From the NCBI RefSeq assembly GCF_009914755.1, contig NC_060927.1: a stretch of DNA of 64,000 bases. One strand, given 5' to 3'. This stretch comes from the human T2T-CHM13v2.0 reference genome, Homo sapiens. Positions within the stretch are counted from its first letter, which is position 1. Each line of letters begins with the position of its first letter. The translations under genes and the position numbers were made by a program. Below, piece by piece: positions 14,804 to 28,064 of this stretch. The notes below the pieces were generated by a model. It had not been told where the DNA came from and searched no databases. It saw only the letters and a list, made by a program, of their open reading frames with translations.

Positions 14804-15131
14804 ATTTTTTTGTTTTGTTTTGTTTTGTTCTGTTTTTTTGAGACAGAGTCTCGCTCTGTCGCCCAGGCTGGAGTGTGGTGGCGTGATCTCGGCTACTACA
14901 AGCTCTGCCTCCGGGGTTCACGCCATTCTCCTGCCTCAGCCTCCCAAGTAGCTGGGACTACAGGCGCCCGCCACCGTGCCCGCCACCACGCCCGCCTAAT
15001 TTTTTGTATTTTTGGTAGAGACGGGGTTCCACCGTGTTAGCCAGGATGGTCTCGATCTGCTGACCTCGTGATCCGCCCACCTCGGCTTCCCAAAGTGCTG
15101 GGATTACAGGCGTGAGCCACCACGCCCGGCC
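14804..15131 (-). mobile_element. AluY with an internal 12-bp duplication
   Basis: AluY diagnostics (caagctc, cacgccattctc, ttagccaggatggtctcgatc, gacctcgtgatccg); CpG-rich. Confidence 0.95.
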
Positions 15132-15479
15132 TCGAGTGATTATTTTTAAACTCAGGTGAATGACTCGTCTTGAGGTTGCAATAAACATGTTGCATTTGTT
15201 TGTTGTGGTGGTTTTTGTGTCTTCAGTGACTTACAGTAGGCTTCTGGAGAAAAATCATATAACCATATAATTTGGCACCTTCAAAACTGCCCCCACCAAT
15301 CCTTTTTTTGTTCTCCAAATCAACCGCTCTCATGAGTGGCTAATTTAAACCTGAATTCTCAAATCTCTGATCCTGTCACCTTCCTCTGCACTTCCAGCAG
15401 ATGACCATGCTTCCTCTTCTCAGGGAAAAAGAAATCATTGTCAGGATTTTCTCACAAAACAGGCTTCTGGTAAGCAGAT

Positions 15480-17230
15480 GCACATGTGAGTTTTGGAAGG
15501 AACATCTTGTGGTTGATTTTGTATGAAAGGAGATGGTCTGAGGCATGGATTTATGTTGATTCATGGGCTGAGTTAAGTCAGGTCACAGAAAGAACAAGAT
15601 GGAAAGATTGTGGTAAGAAGATACAGGGGAAGAAGCGTATAGATGGACGTTTTTAAATTGTGCCCACAGTATGAAAATAACAGGGTACCATGGGGATACT
15701 TGTCAAACGACTCCTTCAGTAGAGGAGATTCTCAATGACTAAGTGGACAAAAGGTTTTTCCTCAGACATCTAAGTGTTCAATAGGCTCATTTAAAAAGTT
15801 TCTACAGTAGCAGGGAAGGAGTTTATGCATAGATTCAACATTGACTTCCCCCATTGGGGCTTATATGGCTAGTTCAACTCCTGAGTACCAATGATAACTG
15901 CTGCAGTGACGAATATCCGTGGCCCTGGTCCAACCCCAAGCCCCAGAATAGGAACCAGTCATCTAGTGGCAGGTTGATTACACAGGTCTTCCATCATGGA
16001 GAGGGCAGCAGTTTTTTCTCACTGCAACATGTGTATACTATAGATACAGGTTTCTTTTCCCTGCATGCAAAATTCTTACCTGCGTCATTATCCATAGATC
16101 TACTAACTAATTCACTGATATCCCCTTAATGATTGCTTTTGACCTGGTAATTTATTTATTGGCAAATGAAGTAAAGCATTGAGCTAATTAATTCTGTTGA
16201 AATTCACCAATCTCTCCATGTATCCCATCACCCAGAAGTGGAAAGGCATTTAGAAAGATAGAAGGTAAATTGGGAGACCCAGTTTAGGTACCAGCCGGGA
16301 AATATGACCTTGCAGGGTTGTAGTGCTAGCACTCCGGATGCAATAAATGCATATCATCTTCCATGGCCACAATATATTGGTTCAGGAGCAAATGGATGTG
16401 AAGTAGGAGTGACATCTCCCACTAAATTCTTGTTTCCTGTCCCTGTAACTTTTAATTCTGCTTGTCTAACAGTCTTATTTTTCAAGGGAAGAATGGGTCC
16501 ATCAGGAGACACAAAAGTGGTTACATTGAACTGGAGGTTGAGACTGACACCTGATCTTTTTGGACTCCTAATGCTTCGTGAACAAGGGAAGAAAAAGATT
16601 GCATATATTGGCTAGGGTGCTTGATTCTTATTTTAAATGGGAAGACTTTCTACCAGACAATGAATGCCAGGAGGAGTATATTTGGAATCTAGGGCATCAT
16701 TTGCCTTCTGCTACTACCAAGTCTAGTGGCAAAAGCCAATGCAAAATCTTAGGAATCTATATGTCAGAGTCATAAAAGGCCTTTTAGGAAGGAAGTTTAG
16801 ATAATCTCATCAGGTAAATGATTCATGTAAGCTTTTGGCTGAAGGCAAAGGGAGCATAGAATAAGTAGTTGAGGAAGGAAGTTATAAATCCTAGCTATGG
16901 TCTCATGATCTGTAGTACCTACCTTATTTTCTTCCTTGCTGCGTTCTTTTTTTCCCTTGCTCTTTTCATTTGTGTTTAACTTTACAATTTAGTCTACAGA
17001 TTTCAGAATATCAACACTGAGTTGTGACTTAGCATGAAAAGGAAAAAACATTACCCAAAGATACATGGAGTAATTGATGAGATTCTGTATCTCAAAGGGA
17101 GACAACGAATGTAGCTTCTTTTGTATAAGAAATATTTAAATTATGAAAAGCAAGAACATGTTGTTGCAATTTGTGGTTTGAAATTTTAACATGGGAAGAA
17201 GGGTGAATGGATGGTGAGTCAAAGGGATGG
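15480..17230 (+). mobile_element. Degenerate ERVL internal region (pol 3' part, integrase, dUTPase)
   Basis: From 15967 reads WQVDYTGLPSWRGQQFFLTA (ERVL integrase WQVDYIGPLPSWKGQRFVLTG type); ORF 16304-16615 contains GPSGDTKVVTLNWRLRLTPDLFGLLM (ERVL dUTPase type); many stops and frameshifts; left boundary approximate. Confidence 0.88.
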
Positions 17231-17740
17231 ACAGCAGCAAATATTACTGACTGGCTCATTCGACACCTTTCCAATCCCATTGTTACATGGCTTCCTGGGC
17301 TTTAGAAGCTGGAAAGCTAGACTATATTTCCAAGACTTTCTTGAAGTGTAGCTGGGGTTGCTCATGGTTTCTGCTGGCAGACCCCCATCCTCCAACAGAC
17401 TTGGCAGGCAGAAGTGAACATCACAATGCAGAGGCCACATGGTTCTTCTGGCAGGCATGGTCGTAGAGGCTTTTTTCTACTGCAGCTGTTGGAGAGGTTC
17501 CACCAGATCCTGGGTTCATGGGTATCAAGCAGCAGGTGGTGGCAGCAGGGACGTATCTGCTGGAAAGTTCCCATGGTGTGGTTGATCATTTCTTCTGGCT
17601 GTGTTGGCTATGCAACATTCAAGCTTGGTTTCTGGGCTCCCTCAGACATGCTCTAAGCTAACCAATACCCTGTAATAAATCCCTTTCCACTTAAACTAGT
17701 GAGAATGTGCTCTGTCTGAAAATAGGACTCTAATTAACAT
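17231..17740 (+). mobile_element. ERVL 3' LTR (LTR33-like)
   Basis: Follows PPT-like aaagggatgga; motifs gaagctggaaagctagactatatttcca and ccaataccctgtaataaatccctttccacttaaactag. Confidence 0.72.
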
Positions 17741-17839
17741 GTTTCTAAACCAGTCAACAGCATGGGGAATAGGACCCCCCAGTTTTGAGGTGGGCAGGAG
17801 TGGATGTTGTGGATGTTTGACAATCAGATCTCCTGATCT

Positions 17840-19172
17840 CACATTCTGTCCTTAAGCCACTCAAATTTGGCATATACATCCTCTGCTACTGCTCTTGTGA
17901 AGGTCACGAAGACATTCCTTGTGCAACCTCTTGGCACCATGTGATCCTGTTGCCCACCTAATACTTTTGTTTTTTTGAAGACTCTCTCTTCCTTTAGCTT
18001 CTGTGTACATAGTCTTCTGGTTTCCTCGTTCTCTGTGTTTCTCCTCAGTATTCTTTAAGGGACCCTCTTTTGCTGCTGCTGATCATTTAATGAGGATTCC
18101 TCAGTGTTCTATAATTAATCTGCTTCTCTTCTTACTCTACATATTATTCAGGGTGATTTTAGATTTTCTCTACTTAAGCGCCTTTAATTAATGCCTGCAC
18201 AATGCCGACTTCCAAATTTATTTCTTCAGGATAGTCACCTCTCCTAAGCACCAGCTGCAGTCTAAGTATCTCTAACTCAATGGCTCCTAAGCACTTTAAA
18301 CACAGCATGGATGAAACAGAACTCATCAGCTTCCTACTCTTACCTCCTCAAAATATCTCAAATTAGCAAACTTCTCTTTCATTGTATTTCCTGTACTGGT
18401 GAATGGCACCACTGTCCATAGGGTTGCTCAAGCCAAAAACTGGACATCAACTGTCAATCTCTTTTTTGCTTAGTCAGTCTTCAAGCCCTGCTGTTTCTAC
18501 TTCCAAGCTATTAATATGTCTCAGTTTTCCTGTACTGTCTTAGTTTTAGATACCGTCATCTCCAGTCTAGTTTACTGCCACAGCCTGCCAACCAGTTTCT
18601 ATTCCCTCAATCTTGCCTCCCTCTAGTTAATTCTTCACACTGAAGACAGACTAATACATCCAGATTACGTGTTGAGTCATGTCTTTTCCCTGTCCATGGA
18701 ATACCTTTACCCTTTTCACAGGGCTTGCAGTGTCTTCCACGGGCTGGCTTCTCTAGCATCATTTATTGCACTCCTTGCTCCCTGTCCAGCATGCTTTATG
18801 TCCACCATATTTAACTTTTCTCAGGTCCTAGAATATGCCATGTTCTCTTGAGCCTGTGGAAGAGTGTGCCATAAAATTACACTCTATGTCTCTCCAATGG
18901 TACTGATTTTAACTTGGATATTATTTTCTTCAACAAGTCTTTCTCCTCTGGGCTTTTGTTCCTGCTTTGTCTTCCAATAGCAGGCAAGGTACCTTCCACT
19001 GTCCCTATAATGCATTTGTGACATGCAATTGTGACTCTTGATTTACTTTTCTATTTCATCTCAATGCACCTAGCATTGTGGAGGCAAGAGCTATGACTAT
19101 TTTGTTCATTGTTAATGGTCCCATCACCTAGCAGAGTACTTGGCACTTAAGTATTTGTAAAATGAGTGAACA
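17840..19172 (+). mobile_element. L2 LINE (RT region to 3' end), decayed
   Basis: ctgctcttgtgaaggtcac, ctctcttcctttagcttctgtg, acttccaaatttat, gaactcatcagcttcc, terminal ggcacttaagtatttgtaaaatgagtgaa. Confidence 0.85.
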
Positions 19173-19344
19173 ATTGACACAATTAATAGGGTAGCATATG
19201 ATAGGAGAGTAATAGTTAAATAATTGTTCAGTACTTGCTGCCCAGTAGCCATAATTGTAACAATTTAGCATTAGCTAAAATGCAACAGTTGAATAAATCT
19301 AAATCACTCTCCAGCAGTGTGTTTCTTTATACCATTATCAACTT

Positions 19345-19990
19345 AAAAAAAAGGTTTATTGAGATACAACTTACAATAAAAAGTATAAATCTTAAATCTA
19401 AAGCTTGATTGATTTTTGCTTATGTATATGCCTATATAACCCCCATCAGATCAATGTATAGAACACTTCCAGCACCCTAGAAGTCTCCCTTGCCCCCTCT
19501 TCCAATGAGTATCCTCCCAAAGGTAAAGGTTATTTTGACCTCTATCAATCAGCACAGATCTGTTTGCCTGATTTTGAACTCTACATAATGGAATTATAAA
19601 GTATGCAATTTCTTTGTGCTTTTTTCTTTTACTCAACATCATTTTGGTGACACTAGTATTTTTTCATTGCTATATTCATTCCATTGTATGAATACACTAT
19701 ACTTTATCCATTTTACTGTAAAAGGACATTTTGGTTGTGTCACCTTTTATGAATAATTTCACTTATTATGAATAAAGCATTTATAAATATTTTTATATAT
19801 GTCTTTTGGTAGATGTAAGCACCAATTTCTTTCAGGTTGGTAGCAAGAAGAGAATTTGCTTTATCATAGGCTACGCATATGTTTAGCTTAAGTAGATACA
19901 CTGCCAAATGTTTTACCAAAGTCATTACAACAATTTATTCTATTGATAAATGTATGAGAGTTCTAAATGTTCTATATCCTTGACATTGCT
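19345..19990 (-). mobile_element. L1ME-type 3' region
   Basis: tttattgagatacaacttaca, atagaacacttccagcaccctagaagtctccctt, ccattgtatgaatacac...ggacattttggttg. Confidence 0.82.
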
Positions 19991-20124
19991 TCCTATTGGC
20001 TTTTGCCAACTTACAAAAATGTACACAATCATTCAAGATAAAAATCGAGATTACAAATTACTATGATACTATAAAAGCATTCAAAATAGGCTTCCTGAGA
20101 TTGGCGAGTTTCCAGTGGTAAAAT

Positions 20125-20278
20125 AGTAAGAATGGCTAACATTGATTGAGCATTTGTTGCTTGCTGGGCATATTCTAGACACTTTATGTAGATTACCTTA
20201 TTTAATCATCACTGTAGCTCTATAAAGTATGTACTGTTATCCTCTTGTTATGGATGAGGAATTTGAGGCATAGAGAGA
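20125..20278 (-). mobile_element. MIR SINE
   Basis: gctaacattgattgagc...cttatttaatc...gatgaggaatttgaggcatagagag. Confidence 0.75.
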
Positions 20279-20639
20279 CATATTATTAATTCATAGAGTT
20301 TTAAAGAGCTGACCTATATAGATCAGTGAATGGAAACCCTCATTACTGACAAAAAAGCCAGACTGGAAAGCAGACTGCATCTTATGAAAGGAAGACCACC
20401 TAGCTTATTAGAGATAGAATCTGGATTAGAATCCAGATCTCCTAAGTTCTCATCTGGCATTGTTTATAAATCAACAGTGCACAACCTAGATAATATTAAC
20501 AGTAACCCAAACAAACATTTTTAAAAAGTGCTTCATTCCATTCAGAATTTAGTTATTATAACTTTGGTTTGTGGAATAGTTTCACTGAGTTCTAAAGCCA
20601 TTTGAAAAGTGTCAAGCAATATAACAGAAGAATAGAATT

Positions 20640-21357
20640 CATGTTTTGTAGGACCAAAAGCTTAAACAATTTGGGCAAGACAGTTGTTAAGAAAAATATT
20701 ATAGAAATATCTTAACATTTGCAAATGTTACAAAAACATATGACCATGTGCTCCAGCCTCCAATTATAAAGTTTTTCCCCAATTATCCCTCTCCTGATAT
20801 TCACACCCTTGTGTGGTTCTTCTTCCATGTTGTATTGCAGTTGGTTTGTGAGACCAATGGAATACAGTAGAAGAGATGATATGTCACTTCTGAGGCTAGG
20901 TTATAAAAGACATGATGACTTCTACATTTCTTGGATCATCCACTCTGGGAGAACATAGTTAACATGTTGTCTGAAACCTCAGACAGCCCTGGGGAGAAGC
21001 CTGTGTGGTGAGAAACTAAGGCTTCCAGCTTACAACCAAGTCAGTGGACCATTTTGGAAGCAGATCCTTCAGTCCTGGTCAAGCCTTCAGATAACTGCAG
21101 CCCTGGCTGACAACCTGACTGTAACCTCTTGAGACATCCTCAGCCAGAGCCACTCAGCTAAGTTGCTCCCAGATTACTGACTCTCAGAAACAGTGTGAGA
21201 GAATACATCTATTGTTTTAAGCTGGTATGTTTAGAGTAATTTGTTATACAAAAATTGGTGACTAATACAGACCCCTCACAGGCCCTTGGAAGAGACCCAT
21301 ATAAGTGAGAGGCCCTGAAATTTAAGTTTCATAAGCTTTATAACAAATTGATTTCTG
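20640..21357. mobile_element. MER53-like hAT relic split by an MLT1F LTR
   Basis: 5' half aagcttaaacaatttggg...acaaaaacatatgacca; 3' half ggcccttggaag...ggccctgaaatttaagtttcataagcttt. Confidence 0.65.
20747..21269 (+). mobile_element. MaLR solo LTR (MLT1F-like)
   Basis: tgtcacttctgaggctaggttataaaagaca, ttggaagcagatcct...gtcaagccttcagat, ends gactaataca; near-TSD gacca/gaccc. Confidence 0.88.
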
Positions 21358-21389
21358 CCTATGTTAGTAGGCAAATTTATTAGATTATT

Positions 21390-21828
21390 TTAGCAGAGAC
21401 AGCTAGTTCTCCACCAAAATTTGTGCTTTCTTCCACTGCAGCTGTAACTAGTCTGTCAAGCCATGAGCCACATTGGCCAGCTTGCTTTGCAGCTAAATGT
21501 TTCATGTGACTCAGCTCTTGCTAATGGAATGTGAACAGAAATAATACATGCCCTTCTAAACTGTGCTTTCAGGAGACTGGGCATTGTGCTCCTTTCCTCC
21601 TCACGGTCCAGGATGGTAACAAAGTGACCTCGGAAGCCACATATTGAGATGGCATAACCCCTGTCTGATTGTGTCCCTGAACAACTTCATGGAGCACAGC
21701 CTTTCCCCCCTAGTTTGGGACACCTACTCTGAACCATTTTGTTAGAGAGAAATAAGCCTCTATTCCATTTGAGTGATCATTTTTTTAAAGTCTGTTTATT
21801 AAAATGGGTCAGCCTACCCTAACTGATG
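21390..21828 (+). mobile_element. Old MaLR LTR (MLT1J-like)
   Basis: catgtgactcagctcttgctaatggaatgtgaacagaa, ggaagccacatattgagatggca, gagagaaataa. Confidence 0.72.
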
Positions 21829-22494
21829 GCAGTTATGTTCTTCAAATTTTAGATACTTGATTTTTTTCTCCCCAGAGTCTAGTCTTGGTGTTATTTATTC
21901 ATTTGTTTGTTTGTTAATTTATTAACTGTTTATTCTGTAAATTTTCAATTATACAAAAGTAGAGATATCATAGTAGAGGAAGCCTGATGTACTTATCACT
22001 TGGCTTTGGCATTTATGTTATAGGGCCATTCCCATATCCTATGTATATATGCCATATCTACATACATACAGCCATCCCTGTTTCACTGGTACCCCTTTCC
22101 TCCTCTGCTCCCTCATGGATTATTTTAAAGCAAATCTCACAATCTCAAACATCATATCATTTTTAGGGGAAAGTTTTAAATGTCATGTAAGAAACCTCCT
22201 CCACCTGGAGGAATTCCAGCACCTGGAACTCAGTGCTTTTTGTAAATGGAGTGTTTTTTGTAAAGTTGCAAAAAAGGCCAGTTCCCATTGCTTGACAACA
22301 CATGATGAGGACAGTGAGAGCTGTAAGGTTAAGCTCGCCTGCTGGAGGGAAAGGCACAGCTTATTCCCACAATCTACCTTCATCCCATTCAAGCTGGATT
22401 TTGAGCTTATAAAGGGACCTGACAGTGCCGGGCAGGCTGAAAGTATGAAGTGACCAGCATGAAAGCCAGGGGGAGTGGCAGGTAGTGTCAAGAA

Positions 22495-22640
22495 CTGAGG
22501 CTAGATAACCTGGGTTATCTAGTTGTATGCTCTTTAACCATTTACTGAATTACTCAGTTCTTCACTTCTCATTTGTAAAATGGAAATAATATCTATTCTG
22601 TCTCACTGGCTTGATATAATTAAATCAGCTAATGTATTTT
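22495..22640 (+). mobile_element. MIR SINE
   Basis: cttctcatttgtaaaatggaaataata core. Confidence 0.6.
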
Positions 22641-23504
22641 TAAATTAAGGCTTTATATAATTATTGGTTTCTAATGTGGAAGTAAATGTGAGCGATGTTT
22701 TTAATTTTTATTTAATGTTTGCCTTTAGAGTAGAATTTGTAGTCACTTAAGCCACAGGGATCTATTAAAATCAGTGTTAACTGTAGGAATAATTATTTTT
22801 CCCAGGTAGGTTTTGGATATGAATCAGTACCACCATCCGTGAGGGGAAAATTATGCTGCAAATTGTATATTTCTAACTATCTTTCATCTGAGAAAATTGG
22901 ACAGCACCATGGTGAGCCCCTGGAGGAGGAAAGGGCAAACAATCTTGCCAGAACTTTTCCCTGAGTGGCTTAGCTTCTCCCCACTCACCAATGGCTAGAT
23001 TTTGACCCGGGCAGTTCTGGATAATCTGGGATATGGAGAGGAAGCAGACACCACATTTCCAGATTTTAATGACTTCTCTGCTACATAAAAATGTCTCTTT
23101 CTGGATCACTGAGCTCATGCCAACTGGGTTACAGTGTTGGGCAAGGTTGGTGTTGACAGAGAAGGAGGCTGAGGAGGTTGTTTGCTCAGCCCCACCGTGT
23201 GCTCCCTGAGCTTGCTATGCCTGCTCGGCAGCCCTGAACCCTCATGCTGGCGTCTTCAGCCTTCACCCTAATCTCTGGCTGTGCCTTTTATCCTCTTTTA
23301 CCTCTCTATCTTCTTTACTCATTTACAATATTTAAGTAATGCCATCATAGAACTATTCTTAAAAAGGAAGTTTACAATAATTAAAGTGAAAAATAAGCAA
23401 TACATATTTTCTTCTCTCCTACTGAAGCTGTTGAAACATTTCTCCTTTCTAGTTTCTGTTTTTTTAATGATACAAGAACCTGGTAAGTTTGAGCCTTTTT
23501 GTTT

Positions 23505-24755
23505 TTTTAACTTTTTATTTTATGGTAGTTTTAGATTTACAAGAAAATTGCAAGAAAATACCAAGAGTTCCCATATAACTTTCACCGAGTTATCCCTCTT
23601 GGGTAATCTTAGCATCTTACATTACAAAGTACATTTGTCACAACGGAGAAACTAACATTAGTACGTTGTTATTAACCCCAGGCTTTATTTGGATTTCACT
23701 AGTTTTTCCACAAGTGTCCTGTTTCTGTTCTGGACCCTGTCTAGAATATCACATTACATTTAGTAGTCATGCCTCCTTAGCCTGCCTTTATCTGGGTTTT
23801 TCTTATTTTTCATGACCTTGACAGTTTTGAGGGGTAATAGTGAGATATTTTGTAGAATGTCCCTCAGTTTGATTTTTTCTCTGGTCAGACTGGAAAGATA
23901 GGTTTTGGGGAGGATGACCACAGAGATGAAGTACCATCCTTATCGTATCATAGCATGAATAAATATTACCAATTTGACTCAACACTGGTTGTGTTAACTT
24001 TGATCACTTGGTTAAGGTAGTGTCTGTCCAACTTCTCCACTGTAAAGTAACTCTCATTCCTTGTCCATACTCCATTCTTTAGGAGCAAATTGCTAAATTC
24101 AGCCCATATTCAAGGGGGGAAAAAGGGATTCAGCTTCGCCTCCTAGAAGAAGAGCATCTACAAAAATTGTCTGGAATTCCAATGGAAGGAAGATTTATCT
24201 CTTCTCCCTTGTTTGTTTATTTATTTATTTAATCATTTTTTAAATCGGCATGAACTTCTAGACATTTATTCTATACTTTGGATTATAATCCAACACTATG
24301 TTTTTTGTTTTTTGTTTTTTTATTGAGATGCAGTCTTGCTCTGTCGCCCATGCTGGAGTGCAGTGGCACGATCTCAGCTCACTGCAATCTCTGCCTCCCG
24401 GGTTCAAGTGAGTTTCCTGCCTCAGCCTCCTGAGTAGCTTGGATTACAGGCGTGTGCCACCATGCCCAGCTAATTTTTGTATTTTCAGTAGAAACGGGGT
24501 TTCACCATGTTGATCAGGCTGGTCTTGCCCTCAAATCTTTTCAGGTTTGTTTTGGGAGCACTTTCACATTTGCTCCCATATCTTTGAATGCCCTCATGGA
24601 TTTGTTTTTTGAGCATTATAGGATGCTCTATTTTGCATTTTCCCTGCCCCAGCCCTAGAATCAGCTATTTCTCTAAGGAGCCCTGATTCCATTTACTAGA
24701 GAATGATATTAGGGTTCAAAATTTGGGCATTGAGAGTGCTCATTTTTACTGGGAA
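23505..24755 (-). mobile_element. L1MC-type 3' region
   Basis: ttttagatttacaagaaaattgcaag...gagttcccatata, catgaccttgacagttttgagg, ttgatcacttggttaaggtagtgtctg, atttctctaaggagccctg. Confidence 0.85.
24301..24527 (-). mobile_element. AluS, 5'-truncated, nested in L1MC
   Basis: Reverse Alu right monomer plus part of the left monomer, stopping at caggctggtcttg. Confidence 0.92.
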
Positions 24756-25154
24756 GAGCATTTAAAATATACGTATATATATAGAAATTGTGTTTGTTTC
24801 AGTACCAGCCATTTATTTGCCTGTCACCTGTAACAATATTTTGATGGAATCACATATATTTTACTCTATGGGTTAAAATCTGTGTAGATTACACTGTTAA
24901 TCTGTGTAGTATTTATCTGTTAAATGAATTTCCCATTTGAAAGAAAAACTAACTGAGGTAGGTAACCTAGCAAGTTTAGATAAAAAAAAATCTAGCCTTA
25001 CAAAAAAAGTAAGTATCACAGGATAATTTATTTATAAGAACAAAAATCTTCTTGTTCCATTAAAAAATCTTAAGCAGAAAATCTCTTTATGTGCACTTAA
25101 AATATAATTCAATTTAACAAAATTTAATTTGCGCATACCTTTTCAGTAACACCC

Positions 25155-25620
25155 TGTTTCAGCCGAGCTTCCCTAGAAAACAAAACCTGAGGCAAACTTT
25201 ACCTGCTAAAAGTTTACTGAAAGTAAAATTCCAGGGTAGGAAAGGTGAGAGAAGATGGAAATGAGTCAAAGAAGGAAGGAAAGTAAATACAACGTGGTAT
25301 GTTATCAAGCTGGCCACAAACTCTCAAAGAACACAACTTGCTCAGTTACATGGAACTTCTCTGGAGAAGACATACAAAATCCTTGGGGCCAGGGTAAACC
25401 ATGGCTGGAGAAGAAATTTATCTGTTGGCTCCTTCTAATGGAGACTGTGCTGAGGTTCAACCCTCATTCCCAAGGAAGGCTGAGTAAGTAGTGTTAGGAG
25501 ATAGGTGATGGTAGTTCAAGTAGCAGAAGTAGGGGGTAGAAGGTGGGGCCATGCAAATTTACTGAGGTGCATCGGTGAGTCTAGTACACACACATGGAGC
25601 AAAGCAAGTTGCCTACATTT
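25155..25620 (-). mobile_element. Possible old ERVL LTR (LTR16/LTR40-like)
   Basis: cttccctagaaaacaaaacctgaggcaa...agtttactgaaag and gaaggaaggaaag motifs resemble reverse LTR16-class ends; boundaries uncertain. Confidence 0.45.
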
Positions 25621-25644
25621 ATTATGCATTAAAAAACTGGAAGC

Positions 25645-25961
25645 AGCCAGGCATGATGGCTTATGCCTACAATCTCAGCACCTTGGGAGGCCAAGGCGGG
25701 AGGATTGCTTAAGTCCTGGAGTTCAAGACCAGCCTGAGCAATTAGCAAGATTTTGTCTCTATAGAAATAAAAATTAAAAAAAAAAATAACTAGCTGGGTG
25801 TGGTGGAACATGCCTGTAGTCCTAACTATTTGGGAGACTGAGTCTGAGGATTGCTTGAGCCTGGGAGTTAGAGGTTACAGTGACCTATAATTGTGCCACT
25901 GCACTCACTCCAGCCTGGGTGACAGAGTGAGACCATGTCTCTCTAAATAAATAAATAAATA
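25645..25961 (+). mobile_element. AluJ
   Basis: Dimeric Alu with (TAAA)n tail; TSD ctggaagca. Confidence 0.93.
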
Positions 25962-26119
25962 GCTGGAAGCAAAATATATTTGAAATTATCTTCTTAGAGA
26001 ACTGACACTTCCATATTAATATGATCAATAATAATAATTCCTTATTTTGTACAGGCATGTCAGTTTCCAAGGGATTATATCTGGCTCAACTGTTAGTCTC
26101 ACCTTCAAATAATGAAATA

Positions 26120-26520
26120 AGTATAGATTCACAAGAAGCTGCAAAGTTAGTATAGAGACGTCTGGTGTTGAGAGGTCCCATCTTGTTTTCCTCATTGCCA
26201 TTGATTACATCTTTTGTATTTATAATACAATATCAAAGCCAGGGAACTGACATTGGTGCTATGTATGTGCAGGATTCTATATCATTTCATCACATGTAGA
26301 TTTATATAACCACTACCACATTCAAAACACAGGACTATTCCATCGCCACAAAGATCTCCCTTGTGCCATCCCTGTATAGTCACTCTTCCTCCTCCACTTC
26401 TACCATCCCTAACTCCTGGCAACTGCTAATTTGTTCTCTATCTCAATAATTTTGTTATTTTAAGAATACCATATAAATGAACTCATACAACATGTGACCT
26501 TTGAAATTGGCCTTTTTCTG
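26120..26520 (-). mobile_element. L1MC/MD 3' fragment
   Basis: tatagattcacaagaagctgcaaa, caatatcaaagccagggaactgacattgg, ctaactcctggcaactgctaatttgttctc. Confidence 0.78.
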
Positions 26521-26544
26521 AGATGCACTTAGTTTTACCTCCTT

Positions 26545-26720
26545 GCTCCAGCACTAGTAGCTATGTGATTAGGATAATAACTTATCTGAGCTTCAGTCTT
26601 CCCAGCTATAAAATGGGGGAAATAGTATCTTCCTCATAGCCTATTGTGAGGATTAGTGAGATAATATTTATAAAACATTGCCTGGCACATAGAAAGGACT
26701 TAAAAACTATTAGCAATTTT
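26545..26720 (+). mobile_element. MIR SINE
   Basis: ctataaaatgggggaaatagtatcttcctcatagcctattgtgaggatta...tgcctggcacatag. Confidence 0.8.
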
Positions 26721-26774
26721 TATTATAATAATTATTTTTATTATTAATGTTATCTGTGAAGCTGTTGCACATTG

Positions 26775-26930
26775 GACAAAGCATGAGATTTGGAGATTTA
26801 AAGCCTGGGTTTAAATTCCAATTCTCACTTTTATATTTTCTGACCTTGGATAAGTTAACTTATCTGGTCTTTGTCTTAGACCATTATCAGTATCATGAGA
26901 ATTAAATGAGATAATATATATGGAAAAGCA
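26775..26930 (+). mobile_element. MIR SINE
   Basis: cctgggtttaaattcc...tgaccttggataagtta...gaattaaatgagataat. Confidence 0.7.
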
Positions 26931-27354
26931 CAGCACACCCAGGTGTCCTAAATACCTTCATTTTAAAAATTCCAAGCCTACTAAAGAAAGCTGTAAGCCA
27001 GACACATAGCAAGTTTAAACAGATGTTTGTTTTACCTTCCTAGGGCAGGGGATGGTGTGAGTTCCCAGACAGAACATGACAGCAGAGCCCAGGTTGAGCA
27101 AGAGAGGGTGGGAAACAGAAATGTTTCCAGCAATTTTTCTTTCTTTCTTTTTTTTTTTTTTTTTTAATCATGAAGATTCAGTGTGTCCTACAAGTGAATG
27201 TTTGAGTCATTCTGAATTAAACTGGGAGAATATGATGATTATCTCTAGTTTGGTGTGCCTAATCTATCTTTTCTTTTGGGGAACTCCTACTGCATTCCCT
27301 TGGCTCTTGACGGTTGTCAGTTACAGCACTCCATTTCACTCCTCTCTTTCCCCT

Positions 27355-27622
27355 CAGAGAACAGAGATGACCACATGACCAGGAATGTTAGTAAACATTT
27401 TCTCCTCTACGTGGATGAAAACCTGCCTTCAGTAGAAGAGATTGAGACAGGCAGCTGTGAGAGAGAGCATGAGGACATTGCCTGAGTTCCTGGATTCATC
27501 TGTCCCTGAAGCTGGACTATGCCCCAGACTTCCAAGCTGAAAAAACCAGTATAGTCCTGAGCTTTCATTGCTTATACTTATTCAAGTTGGGTTTCTGTAG
27601 CTCAAAGTGTCCTGGCTAATAT
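27355..27622 (+). mobile_element. Old MaLR LTR fragment (MLT1K/L-like)
   Basis: ccacatgacc, cctggattcatctgtccctgaagct, caagttgggtttctg...cctggctaata. Confidence 0.55.
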
Positions 27623-28064
27623 AGGAACTTCTGCAAAATGCACAAACTTGGCCTCCAAGTCTGGAGTTTCTGATGTGGTAGGTATGAAATGTAGCTGAAG
27701 CATGTGCATTCTTTTTAAGCTTCTCTAAGCTCTATATCCTGGCTCAAATTGAGAACCATTGCTTTTTTTTTTTTTTTTTTTTTTTCTTTTTGGATTTCAA
27801 ATTCACAGGACAAATTTGGTCATATTCAGTTCATGGTATGTTATCATTATTGGTTCATGCAATGTCAACATTCCTCTCTTATTTTGCTAACTATATTTTA
27901 TTGCCATACTCCACCTCCCTGAAGACCACAATTCTAGTATATTTAATGAATAACTTTTTTATGTGTTTTTGTAAAATATGTTTTGTTGTTTTCTGTGCAT
28001 GTCTTTCTCAGTTATAAAAACAGCACTTTGTTATATAGTTCAGTCTGTTTTTACTTTTAAAAAA

